Positions 38,814-48,993 of a DNA stretch of 64,000 bases are shown here, one piece after another. A program made the position numbers and the translations under genes. The DNA lies in assembly GCA_902610815.1 (NCBI GenBank), contig CACLXG010000001.1:76775-140774 (forward strand), in the 5' to 3' direction. The notes below the pieces were generated by a model, which was given only the letters and a program-made list of their open reading frames with translations, was not told the DNA's origin and searched no databases. This DNA is from an uncultured Candidatus Actinomarina sp. (GTDB taxonomy: Bacteria; Actinomycetota; Acidimicrobiia; Actinomarinales; Actinomarinaceae). How positions within the stretch are numbered: the first letter of the stretch is position 1; every line of letters begins with the position of its first letter.

Positions 38814-39303
38814 AGCAGAAATTAATTTTGAAGACATTGCAAAGGGTAATGTCAGAATAGATATAGTTGATAAATTAGAAAATTTAAGGGCAAGTCTCGA
38901 GTCGAATTCTCTTACAGGAAGGGTGAATAAAAAAGAAATTATTAACAATATAGATGAGATCATTGACACAATTCCAGTTGAACTAAGAACAGCAAGGTGG
39001 ATTGTTAGAGAGCAGGAGTCATTTATAAGCAAGGCAAAGGATGATTCCAAAGAGATTGTTGAAGAAGCTAGGCGTGAATCCGAAAAGTTAATTCAAGAAT
39101 CTTATGTTTTGCAAGAGGCAGTAGTCGAAGCAAATGCAATAATTAAGCAAACTGAGTTAGAAGCTCAATCTTATAGAGCAAGTATTGAAGATGCTGTGGA
39201 TAAAAAAATGGAAGAAATTCAAAGCAAAATTAATCAGCTAAAGGATTTTTTGGATCAAGAGAGAACAAAACTCAGGCAACCACGCGACATAGAGAAACCT
39301 TAA
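38806..39303 (+). CDS. Coiled-coil hypothetical protein (ATP-synthase-b/DivIVA-like composition)
   Basis: 165 aa, heptad-rich and charged; no motifs. Confidence 0.4.
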   Translation: MAEAEINFEDIAKGNVRIDIVDKLENLRASLESNSLTGRVNKKEIINNIDEIIDTIPVELRTARWIVREQESFISKAKDDSKEIVEEARRESEKLIQESYVLQEAVVEANAIIKQTELEAQSYRASIEDAVDKKMEEIQSKINQLKDFLDQERTKLRQPRDIEKP

Positions 39304-39304
39304 A

Positions 39305-39802
39305 ATGAAATTAAATACCAAGATTAAGTCAATTGACTTGATCTCTTCAAAGGATAAGATACATTTCGACAGTGAAGGTAAATTTCCCATTAATTACGGT
39401 AATAATTTTATTGATGAGAATGAGCTAATTAATTTTCATTCAGAAATTGAACTGTTTGACGGGAGGCTGTCTTTTTCAATTTATGTTAATTTTAAATATC
39501 AGAGAAATTGTGGGAGATGTTTAACAATTTCAAATAACGATGATGAAAGTTCATCATTTATAACCTTGAATTTAAATGAAGAAAACGATTATGACATAAA
39601 TTATGACGATGAATATTATGATTTAGAACCTTTTATTTCTGAAATTATTATTGAAAAAATGGAAATAAATTATGTTTGTGAGAAAAAATGTAAGGGTCTT
39701 TGTTCTTTTTGTGGGATAAACTTAAATAAATTAAGTTGCAGTCATAAAGAAAAAAATTTAAAAGAAAGTCCATTTTCTTCTCTAAGTCAGCTAGATTTGT
39801 AG
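39305..39802 (+). CDS. yceD: YceD/DUF177 large-ribosomal-subunit accumulation protein
   Basis: Cys cluster CGRCL...CKGLCSFCG. Conserved position upstream of rpmF-plsX. Confidence 0.65.
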   Translation: MKLNTKIKSIDLISSKDKIHFDSEGKFPINYGNNFIDENELINFHSEIELFDGRLSFSIYVNFKYQRNCGRCLTISNNDDESSSFITLNLNEENDYDINYDDEYYDLEPFISEIIIEKMEINYVCEKKCKGLCSFCGINLNKLSCSHKEKNLKESPFSSLSQLDL

Positions 39803-39820
39803 TTTGAAAGGAATATAACT

Positions 39821-40003
39821 ATGGCAGTGCCAAAGAAAAAAATGTCTAAATCTAGAACTAGACGTAGAAAAGCAACTCATAAAGTTTCAAAACCGCATTT
39901 TGTAGTTGACCCAGAGACCGGCGTCGCAAAACAGTCGCATAGGGTTAATCCTACAGATGGAACTTATAATGGCCGACAAGTTAAAGAACCAGAAGTAAGC
40001 TAA
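39821..40003 (+). CDS. rpmF: 50S ribosomal protein L32
   Basis: MAVPKKKMSKSRTRRRKATHK. Confidence 0.85.
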   Translation: MAVPKKKMSKSRTRRRKATHKVSKPHFVVDPETGVAKQSHRVNPTDGTYNGRQVKEPEVS

Positions 40004-40010
40004 AAAAATT

Positions 40011-40982
40011 ATGAATACTATTGCCGTAGATGCAATGGGTGGTGATTCAGCACCTGTAGAAATTGTTAAAGGTGCAATTAAAGCAAAAGAAAATGGTGTC
40101 AATGTTGTTTTATGTGGTGATGAAAATCTCATTAAACCGTATCTAGGATCCACAGAAATACCTGTCTATCATTTTCCACAAGTAATTTCTATGGACGAAG
40201 ATCCACTTAAAGCTGTAAGGTCCAAAAAAGAAGCATCAATAAATGGATGCATGCAATTGTTAAAAGATAAAAAAGTTGAAGCAGTATTTTCTGCAGGTTC
40301 TACTGGAGCAACTTTAATCAGTGCAATTACAATTTTGGGTAAACAAAAAAGTGTAATTAGGCCTGCAATTGCATCCGTCTTGCCAACTGTTGACAAAAGT
40401 GTAGTATTGCTTGATTCAGGAGCAAGTTTAGATGTTAAACCAAAAGTCCTTTTTCAATTTGCAGTTATGGGGTCAAAGCTTGCTGAAGCTTTATTTGATA
40501 TAGAGTCTCCAAAAATAGGACTATTAAACAATGGAGAAGAAGAGTCTAAAGGTAGAGAACTAGAAAAGTCTGCATTTAAATTATTAAATTCAAGTTCTTT
40601 AAATTTTATTGGAAATGTAGAAGGTAGAGATTTTGCAACAAGCAAAGTTGATGTATTTGTTACTGATGGGTTTACAGGTAATGTTGTATTAAAAACTTTA
40701 GAAGGAACTGCTAAACTTCAGCAGTATCTCATCTCAGACTCTTTAAAGAAAAATCTATTTAAACCCTTCATACCGTCAGTTAAAAAAGCATTAAAGCCTG
40801 TAAAAGATCAATTAAACCCTGATAAAACGAATGCATCTTATTTATTAGGTGTCAATGGTTTAGTAACAATTGGTCATGGATCATCTAAGCAAGAAGCAAT
40901 TATGAATGGTATTAATTACACAAATGAATCTATAAACAAGGATTTTATAGGGAAGTTTTCAGATGCCATTAGAGAGTTATGA
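40011..40982 (+). CDS. plsX: Phosphate acyltransferase PlsX
   Basis: 323 aa with the PlsX family pattern (IAVDAMGGD...). Confidence 0.85.
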   Translation: MNTIAVDAMGGDSAPVEIVKGAIKAKENGVNVVLCGDENLIKPYLGSTEIPVYHFPQVISMDEDPLKAVRSKKEASINGCMQLLKDKKVEAVFSAGSTGATLISAITILGKQKSVIRPAIASVLPTVDKSVVLLDSGASLDVKPKVLFQFAVMGSKLAEALFDIESPKIGLLNNGEEESKGRELEKSAFKLLNSSSLNFIGNVEGRDFATSKVDVFVTDGFTGNVVLKTLEGTAKLQQYLISDSLKKNLFKPFIPSVKKALKPVKDQLNPDKTNASYLLGVNGLVTIGHGSSKQEAIMNGINYTNESINKDFIGKFSDAIREL

Positions 40983-41656
40983 GTAATTTAGAAGACTTAC
41001 AAAAAGATATTGGATATAAATTTAAAAATATAACATTTTTAAAGATTGCTTTAACTCACAAATCATATATTGACGATTATCCAAAATTACAATCAAATCA
41101 AAGGTATGAATTTTTTGGTGATGCAATACTAGATTTCGATCTAACTGAATATTTATTTGAAAATTATCCAGAATTGGACGAAGGAAGTCTTACGAAAATT
41201 AGATCGAGCGCTGTTAATCAGTTTTATCTTGTTGAGCTAGGAAAAAAAATCAATATTGGTAAGTATCTTTATTTAGGTTCAGCAGAAGATTCTACCGGAG
41301 GAAGATATAAAGACTCAATTATTGAAGATGCTCTGGAAGCTTTAATTGCTGCTTTATATTTTGATGGTGGTTTAAAAGCTGTAAATGATTTTGTTTCAAA
41401 ATTTATTTATCCAAGCATAAAGGACCTATCTCTAAATCCTGGACAAAAAGATTACAAAACAAGATTGCAAGAATACTTTGCTAAAAAGGGGTTAAAAGTA
41501 ATTTATCAAGATAGTTCACACGGACCTGATCATAATAAAAATTTTTCATCTGAAGTTTTATTAAATGATGAGGTAATAGGCGCTGGAGATGGAAAATCTA
41601 AAAAAAGTGCTCAACAATCTGCTGCAAAAGATGCTTTAGCAAAGTTAGATGCCTGA
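40979..41656 (+). CDS. rnc: Ribonuclease III
   Basis: RNase III signature YEFFGDAILD and a C-terminal dsRBD. Confidence 0.85.
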   Translation: MSNLEDLQKDIGYKFKNITFLKIALTHKSYIDDYPKLQSNQRYEFFGDAILDFDLTEYLFENYPELDEGSLTKIRSSAVNQFYLVELGKKINIGKYLYLGSAEDSTGGRYKDSIIEDALEALIAALYFDGGLKAVNDFVSKFIYPSIKDLSLNPGQKDYKTRLQEYFAKKGLKVIYQDSSHGPDHNKNFSSEVLLNDEVIGAGDGKSKKSAQQSAAKDALAKLDA

Positions 41657-42452
41657 ATTACCCGAAGTTGAATCTATACGAAGGGTTTTAAAAAATTCTT
41701 TAATAAATCAGAAATTACAAAAATATAAAATATTTGATCAACGAATAAATAGATTTAACAGTGCTAATCCAAGAAACTTAGGAGTTTTGCTTGATATATA
41801 TAGAAAAGGAAAGATTTTACAATTTAACTTTAAAAACAATTCAATTTTTTTTCATTTAGGAATGAGCGGAAGATTAGATCTAAATGGTATAAAAAATAAA
41901 CATACACATGGTATATTTTTTTTTGATGAAGACGTTTTGCTATATGATGATATTCGAAAGTTTGGTTATATAAAGATTCTTAAAAATGACTTAGCAGACA
42001 AACAATTTTCCACCCTAGGTCCAGACGCACTTTCATTATCAAAACTAGATAAAATCTTTGTAATGAATAAAGCAAACAAAAGTTCGACTAGTATTAAAAA
42101 ATTCTTGCTAAATCAGAAAAATTTAAGCGGACTTGGAAATATTTATGTTAATGAAATTTTATTTCTTACAGGTATTCATCCACATTCAACATCTTTTAAA
42201 TTAAAAGATACAAATTGGAATGATATATTTTCATATACGAAGAAAGTTTTACAAAAGGCTATTAAAAATAATGGAACAACCTTAAGTGATATGACTTATG
42301 TTCTACCGCAAGGTGTATATGGTAACAACCAAAATAATTTGTATATTTATGCAAAAGATAAGTGTTTTTCATGTTCAAATAAAATTGATAAAATGTTTAT
42401 AGATTCTAGAGCTACCTATGTGTGTAAAAAATGTCAGAAGAAAATAAATTAA
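41649..42452 (+). CDS. mutM: Formamidopyrimidine-DNA glycosylase
   Basis: N-terminal MPELPEVE and a C-terminal zinc finger CxxC...CxxC. Confidence 0.8.
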   Translation: MPELPEVESIRRVLKNSLINQKLQKYKIFDQRINRFNSANPRNLGVLLDIYRKGKILQFNFKNNSIFFHLGMSGRLDLNGIKNKHTHGIFFFDEDVLLYDDIRKFGYIKILKNDLADKQFSTLGPDALSLSKLDKIFVMNKANKSSTSIKKFLLNQKNLSGLGNIYVNEILFLTGIHPHSTSFKLKDTNWNDIFSYTKKVLQKAIKNNGTTLSDMTYVLPQGVYGNNQNNLYIYAKDKCFSCSNKIDKMFIDSRATYVCKKCQKKIN

Positions 42453-43366
42453 CAGTTAAATTATATAGGGATGGTTCTATAGAGTCTTCTCATGAAGTAA
42501 AGCTTTACTCAAATAATTCACAATATGACGATTATTTTTTTCCTAGGTCTTCAGTCAAACCAATGCAAGTAATCCCTTTATTGCTTGAGTCATCAAATCA
42601 AAATATTGAATTTACTTCACAAGAGATAGCATTGTTTGCGGCATCACATTCTGGTCAAGTTGAGCATATAGAACTATTAAGAGAAACAGCAAAAAAATTT
42701 AAAGTTGATTTAGATAACATAATTTGTGGGCCTCAGCGACCTTTTCATGATGAAACTGCAGATAATTTGCTAATTTTAGGTGAGAAATATACTAAGTTGC
42801 ACAACAATTGTTCTGGCAAGCATTTATCAATGTTGATATTTTCTAAATTATTATCTGTTGATAGCAGTAATTACTATGAGTTAACTCATAAAACTCAAGA
42901 AATAACTAAACAGTACTTTATCGAAATATTTGAAAATGAAGATATTGGATTTGGTATTGATGGTTGTGGTCTGCCAGCAATAAATTTAAATGTAACAAAT
43001 TTTTTAAATTCTATAAAATTTATGCAGAAAAGTCGAAGTGCTGAATCTTGGAATAAGGTTTTTCAAGCTTATACAACTCATCCGGAAATAATAGGTGGTG
43101 AAAATAGAACGGATACAAATATAATTATTAATTCAGAACGAAAACTTTTAGCAAAATCAGGTGCAGAAGGAGTATTATTTGTTACTGATAATAATGAATC
43201 CTTTATATTTAACTGTATAGACGGTAGCAAAAGAGGAGTAGATTTGGCTGCATCTTACTTTCTATATTCAAATGGCTGGATAAGTAAAAAGCCTTTTGAA
43301 TATCTTGATAATATATACACATCTAACAGGCAAAATACGCGTGCTGTGGAAATAGAAGTAGTTTAA
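42431..43366 (+). CDS. Asparaginase-II (AnsA, PF06089-like) family protein
   Basis: IESSHEV, ASHSGQVEH and NNCSGKH motifs. Confidence 0.55.
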   Translation: MSEENKLTVKLYRDGSIESSHEVKLYSNNSQYDDYFFPRSSVKPMQVIPLLLESSNQNIEFTSQEIALFAASHSGQVEHIELLRETAKKFKVDLDNIICGPQRPFHDETADNLLILGEKYTKLHNNCSGKHLSMLIFSKLLSVDSSNYYELTHKTQEITKQYFIEIFENEDIGFGIDGCGLPAINLNVTNFLNSIKFMQKSRSAESWNKVFQAYTTHPEIIGGENRTDTNIIINSERKLLAKSGAEGVLFVTDNNESFIFNCIDGSKRGVDLAASYFLYSNGWISKKPFEYLDNIYTSNRQNTRAVEIEVV

Positions 43367-43432
43367 AAAAAATTCAAAAATAAGAAATTTATTCCAATTA
43401 TTACTAATATGTAAGTAACAACAGGGTAATAA

Positions 43433-46078
43433 ATGTATTTAAAATCATTAGACATTAATGGGTTCAAGTCTTTTGCAGAAAAGACAACTATTCAATTATC
43501 AGACGAAGTAAATGTTATTGTTGGACCTAATGGTTCTGGAAAGTCAAATGTAGTAGATGCAATATCTTGGGTATTGGGAACTCAAAGCCCCGCCACTCTT
43601 AGAACTAACAAGATGGAAGATGTGATATTTGCTGGTACTGAAAAATTATCAGAAAAAGGATTTGCTGAGGTCTATTTAAATTTCGAAGTTGATGAACAAA
43701 AATTTAACGGAAATAGTGAAATTTCCATAGGAAGAAAACTGTTTAGAGATGGTACTTCTGAATATTTTATGAATGGCTTAAATTGCAGATTGTTAGATAT
43801 TCAAGAGTTTTTAAGTGACGTAGGTATAGGTAAACAGCAACACATTATAATTTCACAAGGTCAAATCGCTGAAATATTGAATTCAAAGCCTGAGGATCAC
43901 AGATTAACAATTGAAGAAGCTTCAGGAATTTTACCTTTAAGATCGAAAAAAGAAAAAGCGCTTAAGAGAATTGAATCTGGTGATAAAGAAATCAAAAGAG
44001 CTAAAGATGTTTTACGTGAGATTAGAAAACAACTGAAGCCTCTGCAAGAACAAGCTGAGCAGGCAAGGCTTCATGAAGATGTAACAAATCAATTAAAAGA
44101 TAGAAACATAAAACTACACACTTTGCTTTATAGAAAATTTCAAAATGAATATGAAGATTTAAAAATTAAAGAAAATGAACTTTCAAATTCAATTGATTCT
44201 ATTGAGTTAAAAGTTGAAAATTTGAAAAAAGAAAAACTAAGAATAAATAATGAACTTGGCGATGGAGTTTCCATTGGCTCTACATTTAAAGAACATTCTT
44301 CAAAAATCAACAATGTTACTGAACAATTAAGATCAATTGCTCAAGTGGCAAATGAAAGAAAAGATAATTTAGAACGTGAAGATTTTAGGAATATAGAGCA
44401 AATTAATAAAATTTCAAAAAAAATAGATCAAAATTCAGATCAGATAAATATGCTTTCTAATCAGTTGGTGTCTAAACAATTTTCTTTAAAGAATCTTCAA
44501 TCAACTTATGATGTTTTAAAAACTCAACTGGAGTCTGTTATTAAGAAGTCTTCTGCATCAAAAGAAGTAAATGAAGCTTTGCTAGAAAATGAAATTAAGT
44601 CATTACAAAAGTACATATCTGAAACATCACAAGATTTAGGAGTACTAAATCTTGAACTTAGTAAGTGGGAGAGCGATGTTAAAAATTCAGAAGACCTTTT
44701 ACAGAAATTTAATAATGATATTAAAAGCAATGAATTTAATATTTCTTCAAAAGATGAATATGTTACTTTTCATCAAAATATCTTAAATAGGGAATTTAAC
44801 TCATCAAAAGAAAAAATAGATCAAATAACTTCTAAGAATGAATCTATGGAAAGAGAATTAAGTCAAAAAGAAGTATTGCTTTCTGGAATTAATCAAAATG
44901 AAGAGTTTAAAATTGATATAAATAATCAGAAGATTGATTTAGAAAAACAGATTGAAAATTTAGAAAATCAAATAAGTTCAATTTCTAACCAATTAGTTAC
45001 TTCTCACGAAAGAATCAAAAATCTTACGGAACAAAATAATGAATTTCTTAATGAAAAAGAAAAAATTTCATTTACTAAAAATGCCACTTCAAAATCAGAT
45101 TTAGAAAAGCTTGTTTCTGAAATAAAAGACTTCATTACATTTACAAATAAAACTAGTAATTTATTAGCTCAAAAATCTGAAGAGTTTGATGATAAGTATG
45201 GAAATACTAATAAAAAAATTCAGAAAATTGATTCAGAAATTGAACAGTTAAATAAAAATTATTTTGATATAAAAGAGGAAAAAACCGCAGTAGTAATTAA
45301 ACTATCTGAAAATCAAGTTTCTACTTCATCTCATTTTTCTACATTAAAAAATATTTATGGTTTGAATGACGAAAGTCTTGTTCATGTCCAAACTGATGGA
45401 TTGATTCAACATACTTTAGAAAATGAAATAAAAAATTATGAGATTCAATTAGAAAATATAGGTACAGTAAATTATTTAGCTAAAGAAGATTTTGAAACTT
45501 TAAATTCAAGACATGAAGAAATAACAGGAAACATAGAAGACTTAAATTTAGCCAAAAAAGAATTGAATTCACACATTAAAGAAATTGAAAATGAAATATC
45601 ATTTAGAATTGAGTCTTCATTTAATTCAATTTCAGTACATTTTTCTGAAATATTTGAAACTTTGTTCCCTGGAGGAAAAGGATCTTTGTCATTCACAGAT
45701 AAAGAAAATATTTTAGAAACTGGAATTGATATTTCGGTACAACCTAAAGGTAAAAAGGTTAAAAAATTAAGTTTATTATCTGGTGGAGAAAGATCTTTAG
45801 CTGCAATAGCATTCTTGTTCTCTATATTTAAGTCATTCCCAAGCCCTTTTTATATACTTGATGAAGTTGAAGCTGCACTAGATGATGCTAATTTACATAG
45901 AATGATTAACTTATTAAAGCATGTAAAGGGAGATGCTCAATATATTATTGTTACACACCAACAGCAGACTATGCATGCTGGTGATGTTTTATATGGGGTT
46001 ACTATGGAGCCAGGTTCTGGATCAAGAGTGTTTACAAAAACTAAAGCAGATTTTGAAGAGTTGATAAACAAATCATGA
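43433..46078 (+). CDS. smc: Chromosome segregation protein SMC (short form, 881 aa)
   Basis: N-terminal Walker A GPNGSGKSN, C-terminal signature LSGGERSLAAIAF and Walker B YILDEVEAALD. The long middle region is low-complexity coiled coil with no obvious hinge motif. Confidence 0.75.
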   Translation: MYLKSLDINGFKSFAEKTTIQLSDEVNVIVGPNGSGKSNVVDAISWVLGTQSPATLRTNKMEDVIFAGTEKLSEKGFAEVYLNFEVDEQKFNGNSEISIGRKLFRDGTSEYFMNGLNCRLLDIQEFLSDVGIGKQQHIIISQGQIAEILNSKPEDHRLTIEEASGILPLRSKKEKALKRIESGDKEIKRAKDVLREIRKQLKPLQEQAEQARLHEDVTNQLKDRNIKLHTLLYRKFQNEYEDLKIKENELSNSIDSIELKVENLKKEKLRINNELGDGVSIGSTFKEHSSKINNVTEQLRSIAQVANERKDNLEREDFRNIEQINKISKKIDQNSDQINMLSNQLVSKQFSLKNLQSTYDVLKTQLESVIKKSSASKEVNEALLENEIKSLQKYISETSQDLGVLNLELSKWESDVKNSEDLLQKFNNDIKSNEFNISSKDEYVTFHQNILNREFNSSKEKIDQITSKNESMERELSQKEVLLSGINQNEEFKIDINNQKIDLEKQIENLENQISSISNQLVTSHERIKNLTEQNNEFLNEKEKISFTKNATSKSDLEKLVSEIKDFITFTNKTSNLLAQKSEEFDDKYGNTNKKIQKIDSEIEQLNKNYFDIKEEKTAVVIKLSENQVSTSSHFSTLKNIYGLNDESLVHVQTDGLIQHTLENEIKNYEIQLENIGTVNYLAKEDFETLNSRHEEITGNIEDLNLAKKELNSHIKEIENEISFRIESSFNSISVHFSEIFETLFPGGKGSLSFTDKENILETGIDISVQPKGKKVKKLSLLSGGERSLAAIAFLFSIFKSFPSPFYILDEVEAALDDANLHRMINLLKHVKGDAQYIIVTHQQQTMHAGDVLYGVTMEPGSGSRVFTKTKADFEELINKS

Positions 46079-46467
46079 ACGATAAAGAATTAGCACAATT
46101 AGCTAGAGATACTGCAAAAAAAGCTTATGCACCATATTCAAATTTTAGAGTTGGAGCAGCACTTATTGCAGATTCAGGAAATGTATATACAGGTTGTAAT
46201 ATAGAAAATGTATCTTATCCTGCAACTGTTTGTGGAGAGGATGTAGCTGTACTCAAAGCCATTTCAGAAGGTGAAACAAAAATTAATATATTAGCTGTAG
46301 CATGTATTGATGCAGAAGAAGAAGCAATATTTCCTTGTGGTGTTTCTAGGCAGCGAATGTCAGAGTTTGGTGTTGAGGATGTAATTGTTGTTCATAAGGA
46401 CAGTTTTGAAAAATATAAATTCGACGATGTGCTCCCGTACAATAATAAAATTCAGTTTAAAGATTAA
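46075..46467 (+). CDS. cdd: Cytidine deaminase (homotetrameric type)
   Basis: CGEDVAV (C-x-E) and FPCGVSRQ; the second Cys of the usual PCGxCRQ is Ser. Confidence 0.6.
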   Translation: MNDKELAQLARDTAKKAYAPYSNFRVGAALIADSGNVYTGCNIENVSYPATVCGEDVAVLKAISEGETKINILAVACIDAEEEAIFPCGVSRQRMSEFGVEDVIVVHKDSFEKYKFDDVLPYNNKIQFKD

Positions 46468-47381
46468 ATATTGTCGTTCAATTTAGGTATAACACTTAGC
46501 GTGTCACCGACTATGCCTAAATCTGCTAATTGGAAAATAGGGGCTTCCTCATCCTTGTTAATAGCTATCACAAATTTTGAATCTTTCATACCAACTTGAT
46601 GCTGAGTTGCTCCAGAAATTCCACATGCAATATATACATCTGGCTTTACAGTTTTTCCTGTTTGTCCTACTTGTTGTGAATAGGGCATCCAACCAGCATC
46701 AACTATTGCTCTAGTACCACCAATAGCTGCATTCAATTTTGAAGCTAAAGTTTCAATTAATTCTAAATTCTCTTTGTCGACCATGCCTCTACCAGCTGAT
46801 ATGACAACTTTAGAATCTTCAAGCTGTGGACCAGATTTTTCTTCAATAAATATATCAAAAACTTCTAAATCACTGCTATCTAAATCAATAGATTCAAAAT
46901 CGTCATTAAAATTTACCTCAACAGGATCAAATGCTTTTGGTCTTATTAGTAATAGTGCTTGATCTGAATTAATCTTTGTTTTGTATAAACTTTCTCCACC
47001 ATTTATAGAATTCACTGTAGATACATTTCCTGATGCGACATCAAAATCAATAACATTTGATACTGGACTACTGTTTAAATCTACAGACAAAAATGAAATT
47101 AAATCCCTGCACATGTATGTTGAAGATCCCAGAATTAAACTGATTTCCTCATTTTTAATTATTTCAGAAATTTTTGTTGCAGCTTTTGACAAATTTAATG
47201 AATTGTTTTGTCTTTTGAGATAGGTTTGTTTACAAAGATCAAGACCGATTGATGGATTTTCATCACTACCGATAGTTACAACTTGAACATCTAAATCTAA
47301 GGACTTTGCTTTGCCTAATATTTCCAAAGTTCCAGAACTTAGGTTGTTGTTTATAATTTCACCAATTATTAAAGTTTTCAT
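46464..47381 (-). CDS. etfA: Electron transfer flavoprotein alpha subunit
   Basis: 305 aa; FAD-binding C-domain ...ACGISGATQHQVGMKDSKFVIAINKD. Confidence 0.85.
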   Translation of the reverse strand: MKTLIIGEIINNNLSSGTLEILGKAKSLDLDVQVVTIGSDENPSIGLDLCKQTYLKRQNNSLNLSKAATKISEIIKNEEISLILGSSTYMCRDLISFLSVDLNSSPVSNVIDFDVASGNVSTVNSINGGESLYKTKINSDQALLLIRPKAFDPVEVNFNDDFESIDLDSSDLEVFDIFIEEKSGPQLEDSKVVISAGRGMVDKENLELIETLASKLNAAIGGTRAIVDAGWMPYSQQVGQTGKTVKPDVYIACGISGATQHQVGMKDSKFVIAINKDEEAPIFQLADLGIVGDTLSVIPKLNDNI

Positions 47382-48127
47382 ATTACTTTTAACTCTTTCA
47401 ATTTATTTACAATTTCTTGATAGGCTTCACCTTCATCAATAATTTTCTCACCGGATTTAGAATTTTCGACTGTTTCAATATCTATGAATTCAAGGTTCTG
47501 AGTTGTGTTAATGGTTAAGTCACTGATTGAAACCTGTTCTATTGGTTTGGACTTAGCTGCCATAATATCTTTAAAGTTTGGGTATCTTGGTTCAACCCCA
47601 CCTGCAGTTACAGATATAACACATTTTTCAGGCATATTTAATTTTTCAGAGCCTTCTACAGTTTGTCTAGTTAAAGTCACGTTATCATTAATTTCAACTG
47701 CTTTTACATATGAAATACATTCTAAGTCAAGATATCTTGAAACTTGCTGTGGAACCGTGCCAGAATAACCATCTGTAGACTCAGTGCCAAATATTACAAT
47801 ATCTGCCGACAGGGATTTTGCTAATTCACTAAGCACATTTGCAGTCATTAATGAGTTCGCACCTTTTAAGGATTCGTCATCAACAAATACAGCTTTGTCT
47901 GCACCCATTTGAAGTGCTTGTTGAAGACCTTTCTGTGTTCCAGATGGCCCCATTGAGATTATTGTGACTTCTGCATCAAATTTTTCTTTTAACTGGAGAG
48001 CAACTTCAATTCCATATCTGTCGGTATCATCTAAGACTTGTTCTTCAGGTCTTTCAATTGTTCCATTACTGTAGGTAACTTCATTTGCTGGATCAGGAAT
48101 TTGTTTAGCACAAACTGCAATTTTCAT
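47378..48127 (-). CDS. etfB: Electron transfer flavoprotein beta subunit
   Basis: 249 aa with the ETF beta pattern (MKIAVCAKQIPD). Confidence 0.85.
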   Translation of the reverse strand: MKIAVCAKQIPDPANEVTYSNGTIERPEEQVLDDTDRYGIEVALQLKEKFDAEVTIISMGPSGTQKGLQQALQMGADKAVFVDDESLKGANSLMTANVLSELAKSLSADIVIFGTESTDGYSGTVPQQVSRYLDLECISYVKAVEINDNVTLTRQTVEGSEKLNMPEKCVISVTAGGVEPRYPNFKDIMAAKSKPIEQVSISDLTINTTQNLEFIDIETVENSKSGEKIIDEGEAYQEIVNKLKELKVI

Positions 48128-48149
48128 ATCTATATATTAATTTATGTTT

Positions 48150-48974
48150 TTAATTATCTGAATTTAATTTAGATAAAAATTCCTTCATAAACCCTTGTAG
48201 TTTTTGTTTTGACTTATCAGCTATTTCAACAACTTCTTCATGGTTTAGTGGATCTTTACTTATTCCTGCTGCAAGATTTGTAACTAGAGAAAAAGCACTG
48301 ATTTCCATACCAGCATGTTTGGCAACTATTGCTTCTGGAACAGTTGACATTCCAACTAAGTCAGCTCCAATATTTTTTGCATATTGAACTTCTGCAGGCG
48401 TTTCGTACGATGGTCCCGTGAACCATGCATATATTCCTGTCTTAAATTCAAAATGATTTTCTGATGCTTTTTCGGCAAGTTTTAAGAAATTTCTACTATA
48501 AACTTCAGACATATCTGGAAATCTTGGACCAAATGTATCAAGGTTCTTGCCAATTAATGGATTATCTCCGGTTAAATTTATATGGTCCGTGATTGAAATT
48601 ATGTCTCCCGGAACATAATTATCTGATATACCACCAGCTGCATTTGTTAGTACAAGGTTTTTTACACCAAGCAATGAGAAAGCTCTAATAGGAATTACGA
48701 GGTCTTGGATAGGGTATCCTTCATAATAATGTGCTCTTCCTGACAAAATTGCAGTTAATTTATTATTAATGGACACTAGAGATAACTTACCGGCATGTCC
48801 TTCAATTGATGGAGTTAAAAAATTAGGAATATCTGAGTAATCTACTTGGCTTAATGGTTCATAGTTATCCTCAAAGCCCCCCATCCCTGAACCTAAAACA
48901 ATCATCGTATCTATGTTTTTATTATTGGTAAAAGTACTTATAAAGTCTTTAGCTTCGTTTATTTTTTCAATCAT
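48150..48974 (-). CDS. punA: Purine nucleoside phosphorylase (trimeric PNP/MTAP family)
   Basis: 274 aa with the PNP-I family pattern (GSGMGGF...HAGKLSL...). Confidence 0.8.
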   Translation of the reverse strand: MIEKINEAKDFISTFTNNKNIDTMIVLGSGMGGFEDNYEPLSQVDYSDIPNFLTPSIEGHAGKLSLVSINNKLTAILSGRAHYYEGYPIQDLVIPIRAFSLLGVKNLVLTNAAGGISDNYVPGDIISITDHINLTGDNPLIGKNLDTFGPRFPDMSEVYSRNFLKLAEKASENHFEFKTGIYAWFTGPSYETPAEVQYAKNIGADLVGMSTVPEAIVAKHAGMEISAFSLVTNLAAGISKDPLNHEEVVEIADKSKQKLQGFMKEFLSKLNSDN

Positions 48975-48993
48975 ATGTTTACAGATTAATAAT

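Noticed and set aside
44000-45700. Apparent internal repetitiveness of the smc middle region
   Set aside because: It reflects biased coiled-coil amino-acid composition (E/K/N/I/L/S heptads). I found no exact DNA direct repeats.
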